The notes under the pieces: model-generated
Told to the model about the DNA's origin: nothing
Seen by the model: the letters and a program-made list of their open reading frames with translations, nothing else
Database searches by the model: none
Source: the human T2T-CHM13v2.0 reference genome, Homo sapiens
DNA length: 64,000 bases
Reading direction: 5' to 3' (one strand)
Assembly (NCBI RefSeq): GCF_009914755.1
Contig: NC_060939.1
Position numbers and translations under genes: made by a program
In this document: positions 26,380 to 47,917 of the stretch, piece by piece
How the letters are laid out: each line of letters starts with the position of its first letter
How positions within the stretch are numbered: position 1 is the first letter of the stretch

Positions 26380-27590
26380 GAGTTGAAAATTAAATATTGT
26401 TTGGAAATCAATTTGGCTCTTCTTTCACCAAAACATTTATTTAAAAAGTAGGCTGTGCTCACTGCCTCCACAGCTTCCTCTTCCTATTCGCTCTTTAACT
26501 CACTGTGTCTGGCATTCACCCCAATTATTACCAACATTGCATTTTCTTGAGGCTTACAAGACATTAAATTCTTGCCTTCTTCTGAGTCTTCATTCTGCAC
26601 AAGCCCTCTGCAACCTTGGACTCTCTGGCCTGTAGGGCCCTGCCTTTTGCTACAGATTTTCCAATTGCTCCTGCTTTGGGTCACTTAGATGTGTGGGCCT
26701 TTTCCCACTTTGCAGACTCTTCCATTACAATCTCATGTAGTCCCACAGTTTCAACTAAATCAAGTCTATGACCACATTTCTAGGCTTGAGCTCTCTTCTG
26801 AGTACCAAACCCATATTTTTACCTGGTTCCTGGGGTTCTTTCAACTTGGCTGCCCTATGGGCATAACCCATTGAGATCTCATCTTTCTGGCTTTTCTGAT
26901 TCATATTTCAACTAATGGCATCACCATTCTCTTGGAGGTTGTTCTACCTTGAAATTTTAGCATCACTGCCCTAATCCCATACTCACCAGACATGGTCTAC
27001 TGCCTTCCTCAGCTCTTTAGCCATCTGCCCCTTCTTTTCCTTTGCCTTACATCAGGTCTCATTTTACCTGGACTACTGCAATAGCATAATGACTGGCTTC
27101 CTTGCTTCCAGTCCTTCTGACCTCTCTTACCATAGTTGTCATCCAAAATCTTATGTTATTTCTGTTTAAAAATACTTAGTGGCTTCCCACAAAACACAAA
27201 ATAAAGTCTAACCTCTTAAGCTCATCACTCAAATCTCTAAATTTGTTCTCTAATCTCTCCGTAGCCTAATTTTCCACTTTTCTCTCAATGTACTGCATTT
27301 ACCACAAAGAATAGCAAAGTGGATACAAAAGGCCCTTTCTTATTGGCCCCAAGATATGTGTTAATAACTTATTTCATTCATTAATCTTCATTTATCTTTA
27401 CATCTCTGCATACCACTCTGAACTTTCATTATAATCTGTTTTAAGAGCTATTATTTATGCCTTTGTCTTTCTTACTGGAATATAAGCTTCTTGAGGGCAA
27501 GGCCTTTGTTTCATTCATATGTATTTCTGTAAACTACAACAAATATCACAATGTTTTATACAGTAAACATTTTTTGAAGGGTCAAGAAAT
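26380..27590 (+). mobile_element. L2 fragment
   Basis: ctctcttctgagtaccaaacccatattt, cctggactactgcaatagc and taagcttcttgagggcaagg motifs. Confidence 0.65.
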
Positions 27591-27869
27591 ATTTATTGAA
27601 TGCCAGCTATGGACATGATATTATAATAGATGCTAAGGATATAAGAATTAATAAGCCATGGTCCCCGCCATGGAAAAGGTCAAGTATAATAGTGGGGAGA
27701 GGGGAGAGGAAGCATGTTTTTGTTTAATTATACAACTGTCTCATGATAATGCAATGATCAAGAAATCCAGTAGGTATAGCGTGCAACATGTGCTCAGAAA
27801 ATTAAAGTAGAAAATTCAGAGCTGGATTCTTTAAGAATACATAGGAGCTTTCTAAGTATGTGAAAAGGA

Positions 27870-28165
27870 AGGAATAACCAACTTTTACTAAATGCTTAAC
27901 TTTGTGCCAAATGATGCTCTCAGCACTGTGTGTGTGTGTGTGTGTATGTGTGTGTGTGTGTATATATATCACCACATACATATTAACTTCTGTGATTTTT
28001 TACAATGGTTTTAAGAAGACCTGAAGTATTTTTTCCATTTTACAGATAAAGACACTGGATATAGAAAAGGCAAGTAATGGCAAAGGTAACAGCTAATATG
28101 TAGCTAAAGCACAGATTTAAACCCAGGTCTGTCTGACTTAAAAGCCTAAATTCTTAGCCACTTTG
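27870..28165 (-). mobile_element. MIR containing a (TG)n(TA)n microsatellite at ~27926-27969
   Basis: ccattttacagataaagacactg...gatttaaacccaggtctgtctgact, plus a visible TG run. Confidence 0.7.
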
Positions 28166-28169
28166 TTAA

Positions 28170-28325
28170 CAGTCCTCACATTTTGTACCTAGGCACCGCT
28201 TGGGGTACTTGCTACAAATGCAGTTTCCAAGGCCTTACTGCCAGTCATTCTGATTCTGTAGGAAATGACATTTTTAATGAGGATCCCTCAGGTGATTCTG
28301 AAATAGGTCACAGCAGATCACAATG
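28170..28325. mobile_element. MER5-like hAT-Charlie MITE
   Basis: cttgctacaaatgcagtttcc...tctgattctgtagg...ccctcaggtgattctga. Confidence 0.55.
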
Positions 28326-29389
28326 CAGAAGTTCTTTATTGTATTATACTGCCTCCCAGGAGAAGAGCAGTCCAGAGAGAGGAACCAGAGTGTGCCAAAG
28401 CCGAGTAGCATTAAACAGGTGCTGTTTATAATTGGTACTAGAGGATGGGACTACAGAGATGAATAACTAAGGATACCTGTTTTCAATAAGCTTAGTGTTT
28501 AATGATCCAAAATCTGATTCTTGTTTTTTAATTGAAAAGACATTAGGACATCATTTTTTAACTAATCAAAATAACTGTTACCAGCTTGACATAGGAATTA
28601 TTTGAGTATTACCATTTTGTAGGTCAATTTTCTTAAAGTTATGATCATGTTATTAGTATTCTGCTACTTTCATGTGACATTTAAAAAATGTTTTTCATAA
28701 TTTTACGTAGTCTTCATAATTACTGCTTTTAGCAGCTACAAACATTCCATTGGACTTATGTGCCATAATTTATTATATTGGTTCCTTAATATAAGGTACC
28801 TAGTTTGTTTCCAATTTTTGGAAATACTTAAATTCTTGAAGCTGTCTGTAGCTTTCTCTCATAATTTTAAGGAAAAACAAAGATGTTTACATCTCTGAAG
28901 TAAAGAGAAAGAATACCTAAGTGCAGAACCTATCTAATATGCTCAAGCCAAAGCCTAATGTTAAGAAAGAATAATAGTGAGTGATCTATAAGATGTTGAG
29001 CAGCAATTTTCCATTATTGTTAATAACAATAATGCATTATTTTATATGTACTTTACAGTTTATAAAACTGTTTCACTACATAAACACATGTACTATAACA
29101 ATCATCTGAGATAAGTAGGGCAGTTAATATACACTGATGTGAAAACCAAGAGAGGCGCATGACTTGCATAAAAATACACAGTGATATCTTCAGAACTTGG
29201 ACCCAGGTCAGCTGACTCCAAAGCTCTTTATTCAGTGCTGTGATGCCTTTTCATTTAAGACCAATACAAATAATAAAGCTAATCATGTTGAATGAAGATT
29301 AGAATAAATATGAAAGAGGAAAACCTTCAAATCCAGGAAAAGCCCTGAGTTAAAACCACTTACTTTATAACAAAGACAAACATGACACC

Positions 29390-31799
<2,410 letters not shown>

Positions 31800-31878
31800 T
31801 ACAGTTAGTACTCTATGACTGCAGTGGATTTGGTATTTAAGGATGAGGGGTGATATCCTTTGGCTTTCAAATTGCTAA

Positions 31879-32193
<315 letters not shown>

Positions 32194-33589
32194 CTACCAC
32201 TGACTTTTTGTTTGCAACATTTTAAAGAACTTTTAGTCTCTTTAAGAGACAGTTACACCCTTTAGACTATTATAAATTCCCTTAGTATGGGAAGGGAATT
32301 TAAGAAGATAAACAGAAAAAGTTGTTTGTGTGGGCCAACTGTTAGTGTCTTTTGCTTATCTCTGCAAAGACAGGGTTCACAGAGCCCTAATAGTACAATC
32401 AATTGGGCACTTCTGGCAATACCAGAGGGTCTTAAAAGAGACATTTATATTTAGCATTTAGTGTAAAATATCCTTTTCCAAACCTGCCAACAACTCCTAG
32501 TATATAACCACTTGCCATCTGTTCTTTGGAGATTGGTTTTACATCATTATAAGCAAAGAAATCAATACCAGACCACTGATTTGGGAAAGAGACAAGATTC
32601 CACGGCAATAATACATAAAGTTAGTCAAGTCCTACTTCTCAACTGTTTTGAAAGAACAGATAGTTCAATGTCCCTTTCTGAAACAGGTACTCATCCTGCA
32701 TTGGTGATTTTGCAGCAATAAGGGCCCAAGATAGATAAGGCACCATAACCTCAATTTATATAACAGCTCTTAAGTGCTATATAGAATCTCAAAATACCTT
32801 TTTAAACTCAATAGTAATGTATTAACTTGAATCCAGATCCCCCTCTTTACAGTTTATCCCTCAGTTTAATTTAAAAAGTGTGAGCTGGAGCACAGGGTTA
32901 CTCTGCCAGTGACATCAGACAGTCAACTGGTGTAGATACTGTAACTGCAGAGGGTAGCTAGCTGAAGGTCTGTTTCAAACATACATTCTGTCTTGATAGA
33001 CAGGTAAGGCCAATCGTTACCTTATCCATTAATTTGCTAAGATACCATCTGGTCTTTCTAAGCCTAATTAACATGTAAAAGTCATTTAGATATGTTAATT
33101 GGTTTTGAACCAGTGAATAGAATCAGTAAAAAGGGACTATGGGAATGGAGGACACTACCTTAAGTTTACATATAGGGCTTTGTGTTCTTCAAAAACCTTT
33201 CATATGCATTATCTCACTTGATCCTACACTCACTGTAAACATCTGAAAGAGGAGGAAATTGAGGCTCAAAGATTGTTACTCTCTTAAAGTAACCTAGGGA
33301 AGAAGCTAGTGGCTAGTTAATGAAATGAACAGTTATTAGGGACATTTTGTTTTCTTTTAACCAAACAACAGCTCCATAAGATGGGTGCCATTATTGACAA
33401 AGCTACTAAGAGGCAGAACCAGGATCTGAACCCAAATCTTTTGGACTTCAAAGTCCACACTTTATTTATTATATTGATGAAACCTATGGCTTTCTGCTAC
33501 AGTGAATGTAACTGGGCAAGAATTCTTGATGTCAAGAGTTTAGCTGTCTTGAAGAAGTGGGTTATCTGAAATAAGCAATCCACATGTAA

Positions 33590-34018
<429 letters not shown>

Positions 34019-34216
34019 CTACTTCTTGGAGCTTCATTTTCCTCATATGTCAAATGGAGAAAAAGATCTTAATCTCATAAAGTTGATGTGAAGATTAAAT
34101 TACATAACAAAAATATAGTTCCAGGAACATCAATAAACATTAGTTATCCTCCTCTATAAAAATGTTTCTCTAGGGAGCAAAGGAGTTACAGAGCAGAGGT
34201 AGACAAGCATTTCTTA

Positions 34217-34452
<236 letters not shown>

Positions 34453-34537
34453 GACAGAAACATGCAGTGAAAGGTACATAACAGACCTCATATTTTTAGG
34501 TAGCCCTTGCAAAAAGCAAAGCTCAAGGGTTACCTAC

Positions 34538-34833
34538 TTTTTTTTTTGAGACAGGGTCTCACTTTGTTGCCCAGGCTGGAGTGCAGTGACCCGATCATGG
34601 CTCACTTCAGCCCTGACCTCCTGGGCTCAGGTGATCCTCCCACCTCAGCCTCCTGGGTGGCTGGGACTACAGGCATGAGCCACTACATTTGGCTAATTTT
34701 TTCTATTTTTTTTTTTAGAGACAGGGTTTCACCACGTTGCCTAGGCTGGTCTCGAACTCCTGGGCTCAAGCTATCCACCTGGTTTGGGCTCCCAAAGTGC
34801 TGGGATTATAGCCATGAACCACCATGCCTGGCC
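34538..34833 (-). mobile_element. Alu (AluJ-like)
   Basis: Full dimer with TSD GGTTACCTACTT. Confidence 0.93.
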
Positions 34834-34848
34834 AGGTTACCTACTTTA

Positions 34849-35163
<315 letters not shown>

Positions 35164-35454
35164 GACTTCTTTGACTTCTTGAGTTTGGGTTAAGGTATCT
35201 CCAAGATCCCATAGAATTCTTGTTTACCTCTATCTTTGCATGCAGTATACTGTTGTAATTCTGTTAAGTTACGTATCTGTTTTCTTTAAATAATAAATAA
35301 GCCCCCTGCTTAATCTAGTATCTGGTAAGAGGTAGATGCTCAATAATTTGCTGAATGGAAGAATGAAGGAAAGAAAGGAGAAAAGCAGAATGAATCCATC
35401 CCAGTAACAATGTAGTGGTTAAGACTTAACATGAGATTTATAATATTTTCTTAC

Positions 35455-36200
35455 CTTGACTGCATAGTTATTAAGTGGATCTTTTGCATATGAAGCAGTA
35501 TAGTAAACCGCATCACCTGCCTCACAACATGGTTTGTCACTGGTTAGCCTGAAGTCTGACCAGCTGTCCACTCCAAAACGGAGCTGGTCTTTCTGCCCAG
35601 CCATGAAAAGGTCTTCGCATTTAACAGCCAGTTTCTTCAAGGCATCTGTATGAAGGCTTCGGATTTTACCCACTACTTCCTCCCGATTCTCAAGTCCTCG
35701 ATAAAGTGCTTGTCTCTGCGGCTTCTGGATGCCTCGGCCCTGTCTGCAAGAGGGCCCACGCCGGCTGGAGAGGGATTCCATGCTGTTGGAAAATCTATCC
35801 TTAATACTGAGAGTGGTTAAGCTGGAAATGCTGTTTGCTGCTGAGGGGACAGGTCTCTCCTTGCGCAAAGGCCTTTCCAAGGAGTCATAAGACTCAATGT
35901 CCAGTCCTTTGAGTTCATAGCTGATGGAAGAACCAGCACTGCTGGCATCCCAGTTGGGGTCGATATCATAGGTGGGATTAGCCATGACACAAAGACTACT
36001 TTCCATGGATTTTTGGAGGTCCTTGGAGATTGGCTCTGTATTGGCTCTTATGATCATCTTCTTTGGCAGTGGGGGTGGTGTAGGTTGGGAAGCATTGGGT
36101 GCTTCTTGGTCTGTTTTCCCTCCAAAGGCGATGGCATCGTCCACAGCTCCCTTGGGCTGTCGTGGCTGCTTGGGAGGTATCATGGCTGCTCTAGATTGCC
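35455..36200 (-). CDS. PEAK1: PEAK1 penultimate coding exon (746 nt, about aa 1111-1359): PPPLPKK Crk-SH3 motif, RANT 14-3-3 site, NPTY Shc-PTB motif, SHED alphaN helix, kinase N-lobe start up to YAVK
   Basis: Acceptor aatacag|GG at 36201/36200 and donor GTCAAG|gtaaga at 35455/35454. Phase 1 in, phase 0 out. Joins in frame to both neighbouring exons (NLG-QSRAAM...; YAVK-ICK). Confidence 0.97.
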
Positions 36201-37214
36201 CTGTATTGTTTTTAAAGCAATAAAAAGAAAAGAGTAAGTAAAGTTTTCAATCTAATTTTATAACTGAAACTTGAGCAGAAATGAGTGAGGTAGCCATGGG
36301 AATGTAAGAATAAGTCAACTCTTTAGTTCAAAATGGGAAAAGAGAACAACCAAAGAACAAATACCTAAACATTGAAGTATCCAAGCCTTGGTGGGAACGA
36401 CAAATATGCATAATGTCTTGGCCTTGTCTAGGAACAGGGCACTGGTTTGGGTGATGAGTTTTGTTTTCAAAAAGGAAACCAGATTCTCCAGTCCCACCCT
36501 TCAGAGTGCTATATATTCACCACACCAGAATATTAAGGGATGACAGACACTCGAATATACTTGGATTGTGACAGAGTAGAGATGATAGCATTGTGGATAA
36601 AGAAAATACTTGGGAGCTTTATTACAAACAGAATTGAAACTAGCAATGTGACCATTAGACAGGGGCTCAGAAGATACTATTCTGTTCTTTTTATTCCAAA
36701 GTTACATTGTATTATATATAGCATTTGTCATGCATATAACATTTTCCAACACATGAATACAATTTCAAAAGCCATGCTATTTATTTTACTATAGAGATGG
36801 ATTCTGACATTGCTTAAACTGGTCTACGTAAAAGATTCCTGTGATTGTGGTAAGGGGAACAGTGTATATGAGCAGTCAACTTCTGTTCTGAACACGAATT
36901 CCCAAACTCTTATGTGATTCTCTTTTATTTTGGTGGGCATATACATTGTGATTTGAGAGATACTATCTTTCAACATCTTTTATAAGCCCTAGTTAGAGAA
37001 CCATTCATCTGTGCTTAGTTTCCAGCATTTATGATTAGAAAAAGATAAAACACATGTGTGTTTGAATATACCTTCAGGGCTTATTGTATAACAGAGAGAA
37101 CACATTATTTTTTAAAGACAGAAAAATATACATGAAACTTCTATAAAGGCTATTAAAAATTAGTTCTGTTATTAAAATGAGGCCTCTACTCAAGATCTCA
37201 GAGTTATAAGGCTC

Positions 37215-37660
37215 TGTTATGGGTTGAATTATATCCCCCAAAAAGGTATGTTGAAGTGCTAACCCCTGGTACCTATGAATGTGACCTGTTGGAAGTCTGT
37301 AGATTTAATAGTTAAGATGAGGTCATTAGGACGGGCCCTAATCCAATATGGCTGATGTCCTTATAAGAAGAAAAAACACCATGTAAAGACAGGGACAGAG
37401 AGGGAAAACACTACATGACATTGGAGGCAGAGTCTGGAGTGACACAGGTGCAGACTAAGGAATACCAAGCATTGATGGCCACTACCAGATGCCAGACAAA
37501 GGCAAGAAAGGAATCTACCCACTGTCTCAGAGGGAACACAGTCCTGCTGACACCTTGATTTCAGACTCCTAGCCTCCATAACTGTGAGAGAATATATTTG
37601 TGTTGTTCTAAGCCACCCATTTGTGGTACTTTTTTACAGCAGTCCTAGGAAACTCATACA
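37215..37660 (+). mobile_element. MLT1 (MLT1C-like) solo LTR
   Basis: Starts TGTTATGGGTTGAATT, ends CTAGGAAACTCATACA, with typical MLT1 internal motifs. Confidence 0.8.
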
Positions 37661-38016
37661 TTCTCCTACTATTGTTCATATAGAGTAGAAGGTGCTGGAT
37701 GGTGCTGAGGATGACAATGAATAGGGGTGGTGGTTTGTTTTGTTAAAATCACGTCCTTGCAGCATGTCAACGGTAAGCACCAATATAATCTGGGATTGTA
37801 ATAGTAAGTGTTGCTTATGACAGGGATAAGTTCTGAGAGAGTTAGGCAATCTCATAATTACGCAAAAATCATAGAGTGTACTTACACGAACCTAGATGGT
37901 ACAGCCTACTACACACCTAGGCCATATGGTATAGCCCACTGCTTATAGGCTACAAACCTGTACAACATGGTACTGTACTGAATACTGTGGGCAATTATAA
38001 CACAATGTTAATTACT

Positions 38017-40646
<2,630 letters not shown>

Positions 40647-41015
40647 CTACTTGTGTATCTAAATGTAGAAAAGGTACAGTAAAAATACAGTATAAAAGAT
40701 AAAAAATGGTATGCTTGTATAGGGCACTTACCATGAAAGGAGCCTGCAGGACTGGAAGTAGCCCTGGGTGAGTCACCGAGTGAGTGGTGAGTGAATGTAA
40801 AGGCCTTGCATATTATTACCATACACTCCTGTAGACTTTATATATACTGTATACTTAGGCTATACTAAATTTATTTAAAAATTTTTCTCCAATAATAAAT
40901 TAACCTTAGCTTACTTAACTTTTTAACTTTATAAGCTTAAATTTTGTTTAACTTTATAAATTTTGTTTAACTTTTATAATAACACTTAGCTTAAGATACA
41001 CTGTACACTATTTCA

Positions 41016-41367
<352 letters not shown>

Positions 41368-42509
41368 CTATTTAAACAAAACTTTTTTTTTTATAAACTT
41401 TTTTGTTAAAAACGAAGACACAAACACACATATTACTAGTCCTAACCCCTGGTACATGTGAATGTGACCTTATTTGGAAATAAAGTCTTTGTAGATGTAA
41501 TCAAGTTAAGATGAGGTCATTAGAGTGGGCCCTAATCCAGTATGACTGGTGTCCTTATAAGAAAAAGCACCATGTGAAGACAGGGACAATGATGACAAAG
41601 GCCTACACAGGGTCAAGAATATCAATATCACGGTCTTCCACCTCCACATCCTGTCCCAGTGGCAGGTCTTCAGGGGCAGTAACACACATGGAGCTGTCAT
41701 CTCCTAAGATAACAATGCCTTCTTCTGGTATACCTCCTGAAGGACATGCCTGAGGCTGTTTTACAGTTTTTTAAAAAATAAGTAGGAGTACACTTTAAAG
41801 TTATGGTAATAGTACAGAAAATGCACAAACCAGTAACTCAGTAGTTTATCACCAAGTATTATGTACTATACATAATTGTATGTGCTATACTTTTATGACT
41901 GGCAGTGCAGTAGGTTTGTTTACACCAGCATCACCACAAACACGTGAGTAATGCCTTGCGCTGTGATGTCACAATGGCTATGTCACTAGGTAACAGGAGT
42001 TTTTCAGCTCCATCATAATCCTATGAGACCAGTGTTGTTTGTGCAGTCCATTGTTGACCAAAACATCATTATATAGCACATGACTATATCCATTTCCCAT
42101 GCACACTACTTTCTTCAAGAATATCTAAGAATTTATATAAGCTACAGCAATATATATTGCAAACTCAAGGACCTCTTTTCTCCACCCATGTCATGTAGTA
42201 ATATTTTTATAAGTAATAGAACAATATTAAATATAAACAAACAACAACACACATATATATACACATATAATATATATATAAATTGTGTCTATATGTATAT
42301 ATTTAGAGGGAGGGAGGGGGAGAGAGAGAGCAAGAGAGTAAGAGAAGAGAAAAAATATGAGAATGCTAAGCTTCAAGGCGGCCAGAGCTTTTGTTTTATT
42401 CACTGCTGTAATCTCTGTGCCAAGAACAAGGTCTAGATAGAATCAACAATAACAACTTCTTGAATGAAGGAATAAATATTTACTACTGAAAGACAGAAAG
42501 TAGTAAAAT

Positions 42510-45458
<2,949 letters not shown>

Positions 45459-45739
45459 ATCAACAATCCATTCTTAGAAACAACCATCAATTCAGTTTCC
45501 AGTCTTATCTTCTCATTCCTCTGTGCCCTTAACTAAGGATGTAGGGGCTTGGCATTTACTGAATGTTTCCTGTGATGGTGGGGTCTCCTTCCCAAAGCTG
45601 CCCCAGCCCTATTTTCTCTTGGCTAATGTGAGACGTCAGACCATGGTTTATTTACAAGACAACAGAAGTATGCTTTGTAATAAGTCCTAATTTTTCAGTT
45701 GCTTACCTAGACCTTTCAGAGATGAAGCACCACGGAGAA

Positions 45740-47000
45740 GGTTAGAAGCAGTGAATTGCACCAGCTGAGGCCCTATCATCCTTGCCTGACAACTGTGACA
45801 GTCTCCTATTATTGCTGTCTCCAGTTTTACCTCCCTCACCACACAAACCACTAGAGAGATGTTTTTCAAACGCCAAAGCATTTCATGACACTTCTCTGCT
45901 TTAAAAAATTCTGTCCTAAAGATCGTCTTCAAGCAAAGAAAGTGAGCCTTTCATGATCTGGCCCCGATATACCTGTTTCTCGTCGCATTTCCTCTTATAT
46001 CCTAAGTCAGAGCCACCAAACTACTTGCGGTTTCTCCAGCACTCTTGGCCAATTTTACGCTTCCTTTGTGCTTTGTGTCTTTGCTCATGCTGATCCTCTT
46101 CCAGGAATAGTTTCCCACTCCTCTCATCTTTAAATATTCTGCTTCTAGGGAATATTTCTTACTCCACTCCCCAGAATTGACCTTTCTTGGGCCCTCAGAT
46201 AGACCCTGTGAATATTTCTCTGTAAGCACTTACAACCCTTGACTTGTGTTCCATTCTGAATTCCCTACTGGTTTGCTCATTGAGGGAATGGACTGTGTCT
46301 CATCTGTGTACCCAAGACCAAGCAAAGAATCTGGGCTGAGAGCAGAATGGAATAAATAAGAAAACTAGAACATGAACCTATTCTTACCTATTCCAGTGTG
46401 GGCCCTGTAAGAAGCTTTATGGGCAGCCATGTTCTGCCCATTTCTCCAAATTAGAAGAAACAAAAATAATCACAGACATGAGAGAAATGGAGAATTCCTA
46501 AAGTACCTTTTTTTCTTTTATAACCTCAGAACTGACAAGGGAGAGAAGGTCTATCATCATCAGCAGCTCTTTAATGCTTATCAGAGGAGGTGAAGAACGG
46601 CTGATCGTGTGACTTTCTGCCAGCTAGAGAATGAAGTTCAAACTCCTCAGCAAGTTGGTCAAGGCTCTCTGTCTTATCTACCACTATTTCTCATCAACCC
46701 TTCCTATGAATCACTCATTTCCTGTTAATATGTTCCATATTTTTATTTTTACATTTTTGCCTTAGCAAGGGTGTCTGTCCTTGGCCTAGCTCAAATGGCA
46801 CTTACCAAATGAAGCCTTCCCTACTCTCTACTCCTCCACCTCAAACTGGAAGCCACAGCTTCTTCCTCTGTGTTCTCTTAGCACTTTTTGCTTTACTAAA
46901 GCATTTTTAGCCTTTTATAAAGTGTGTGTTTTTACATCCCCTCAGAACCTGATGTGATGTAAGGCGCACAGCAGGTATGCAGTAAGTGGCTGCTGGACTG
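45740..47000 (+). mobile_element. L2 fragments
   Basis: Two decayed L2 3' segments (~45740-46360 and ~46640-47000). Confidence 0.5.
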
Positions 47001-47621
47001 AGAGACAGAGTCAACAGAGTTGGTCATCAATTCAAAATGGAAATGGACAGCCAAGGTAGCAAGGAAATAAAGATAAGTAATGTGGCTTCTCTTCCCAAAT
47101 AGCAGGATACGATCTCCTGGGAGCTAAGGAGATTTCCACATGAGAATCAGAAACTTATGCGTTCCAAATGAAACCACAAACATTCCACAGCCCATGCAAG
47201 TAGGTCAAGCCATTCTCCTAAGTCTAAAACTGGTTTGCGCTTTTAGTTTTTTTCCTCCAAGAAAGACAAGTTCTCCTAACTGAATTCCAATCATTTGGGT
47301 CAATGTTTTAAAAGCTTGGTATCTTAGCTGTTTTTATTTTAAACTTTTAATCCTGTACATTCCTGTCAAGCCCCTGGGACCAGACACCAAGCTCAGCTTT
47401 CAGCAGGCCTAATATAACATCACATACTCTACATTTTTGTGGCATACCAGTGTTCTAAACAGAAAAAAATAGATTGTGTTCTAAATCTTGCCTTGCTATA
47501 TGCTAAAAACATTCTTTTGGACAAATATGTTTGACTAAACCACACTCAAAACTTACTTTTCTCTTTTTCTGAGCTTCCATAATCTACCTCTTTACTTTCT
47601 CCCCACTTAAAAATGTCTTCA

Positions 47622-47917
47622 GGCCAGGTGCGGTGGCTCATGCCTGTAATCCCAGCACTTCGGGAGGCCGAGGTGGGTGGATCGCCTGAGCTCAGAAGTT
47701 CGAGACCACCCTGGGCAACATGGTGAAACCCCATCTCCACTAAAATACAAAAAATTAGCTGGGGGTGGTGGCATGTGCCTGTAGTCCCAGATATTCGGGA
47801 GGTTGAGGCATGAGAATCGCTTGAACCTGGGAAGTGGAGGTTGCAGTGAGCCACCATCATGCCACTGCACTGCAGCTTGGGCTACAGAGTGAGATTCCAT
47901 CTCAAAAAAAAAAAAAA
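47622..47917 (+). mobile_element. Alu (AluS)
   Basis: Full dimer with TSD AAAATGTCTTCA. Confidence 0.95.

Noticed and set aside
32880-33120. GATA/E-box/TAAT motifs suggesting an intronic enhancer
   Set aside because: Short motifs at a density compatible with chance in AT-rich DNA; not supportable without conservation or chromatin data.
35419-35454. C-terminal VRKYYKSHVKS* of the 254-aa ORF
   Set aside because: Read-through past a strong AAG|gtaaga donor, and I saw no nearby poly(A) signal supporting an alternative terminal exon.
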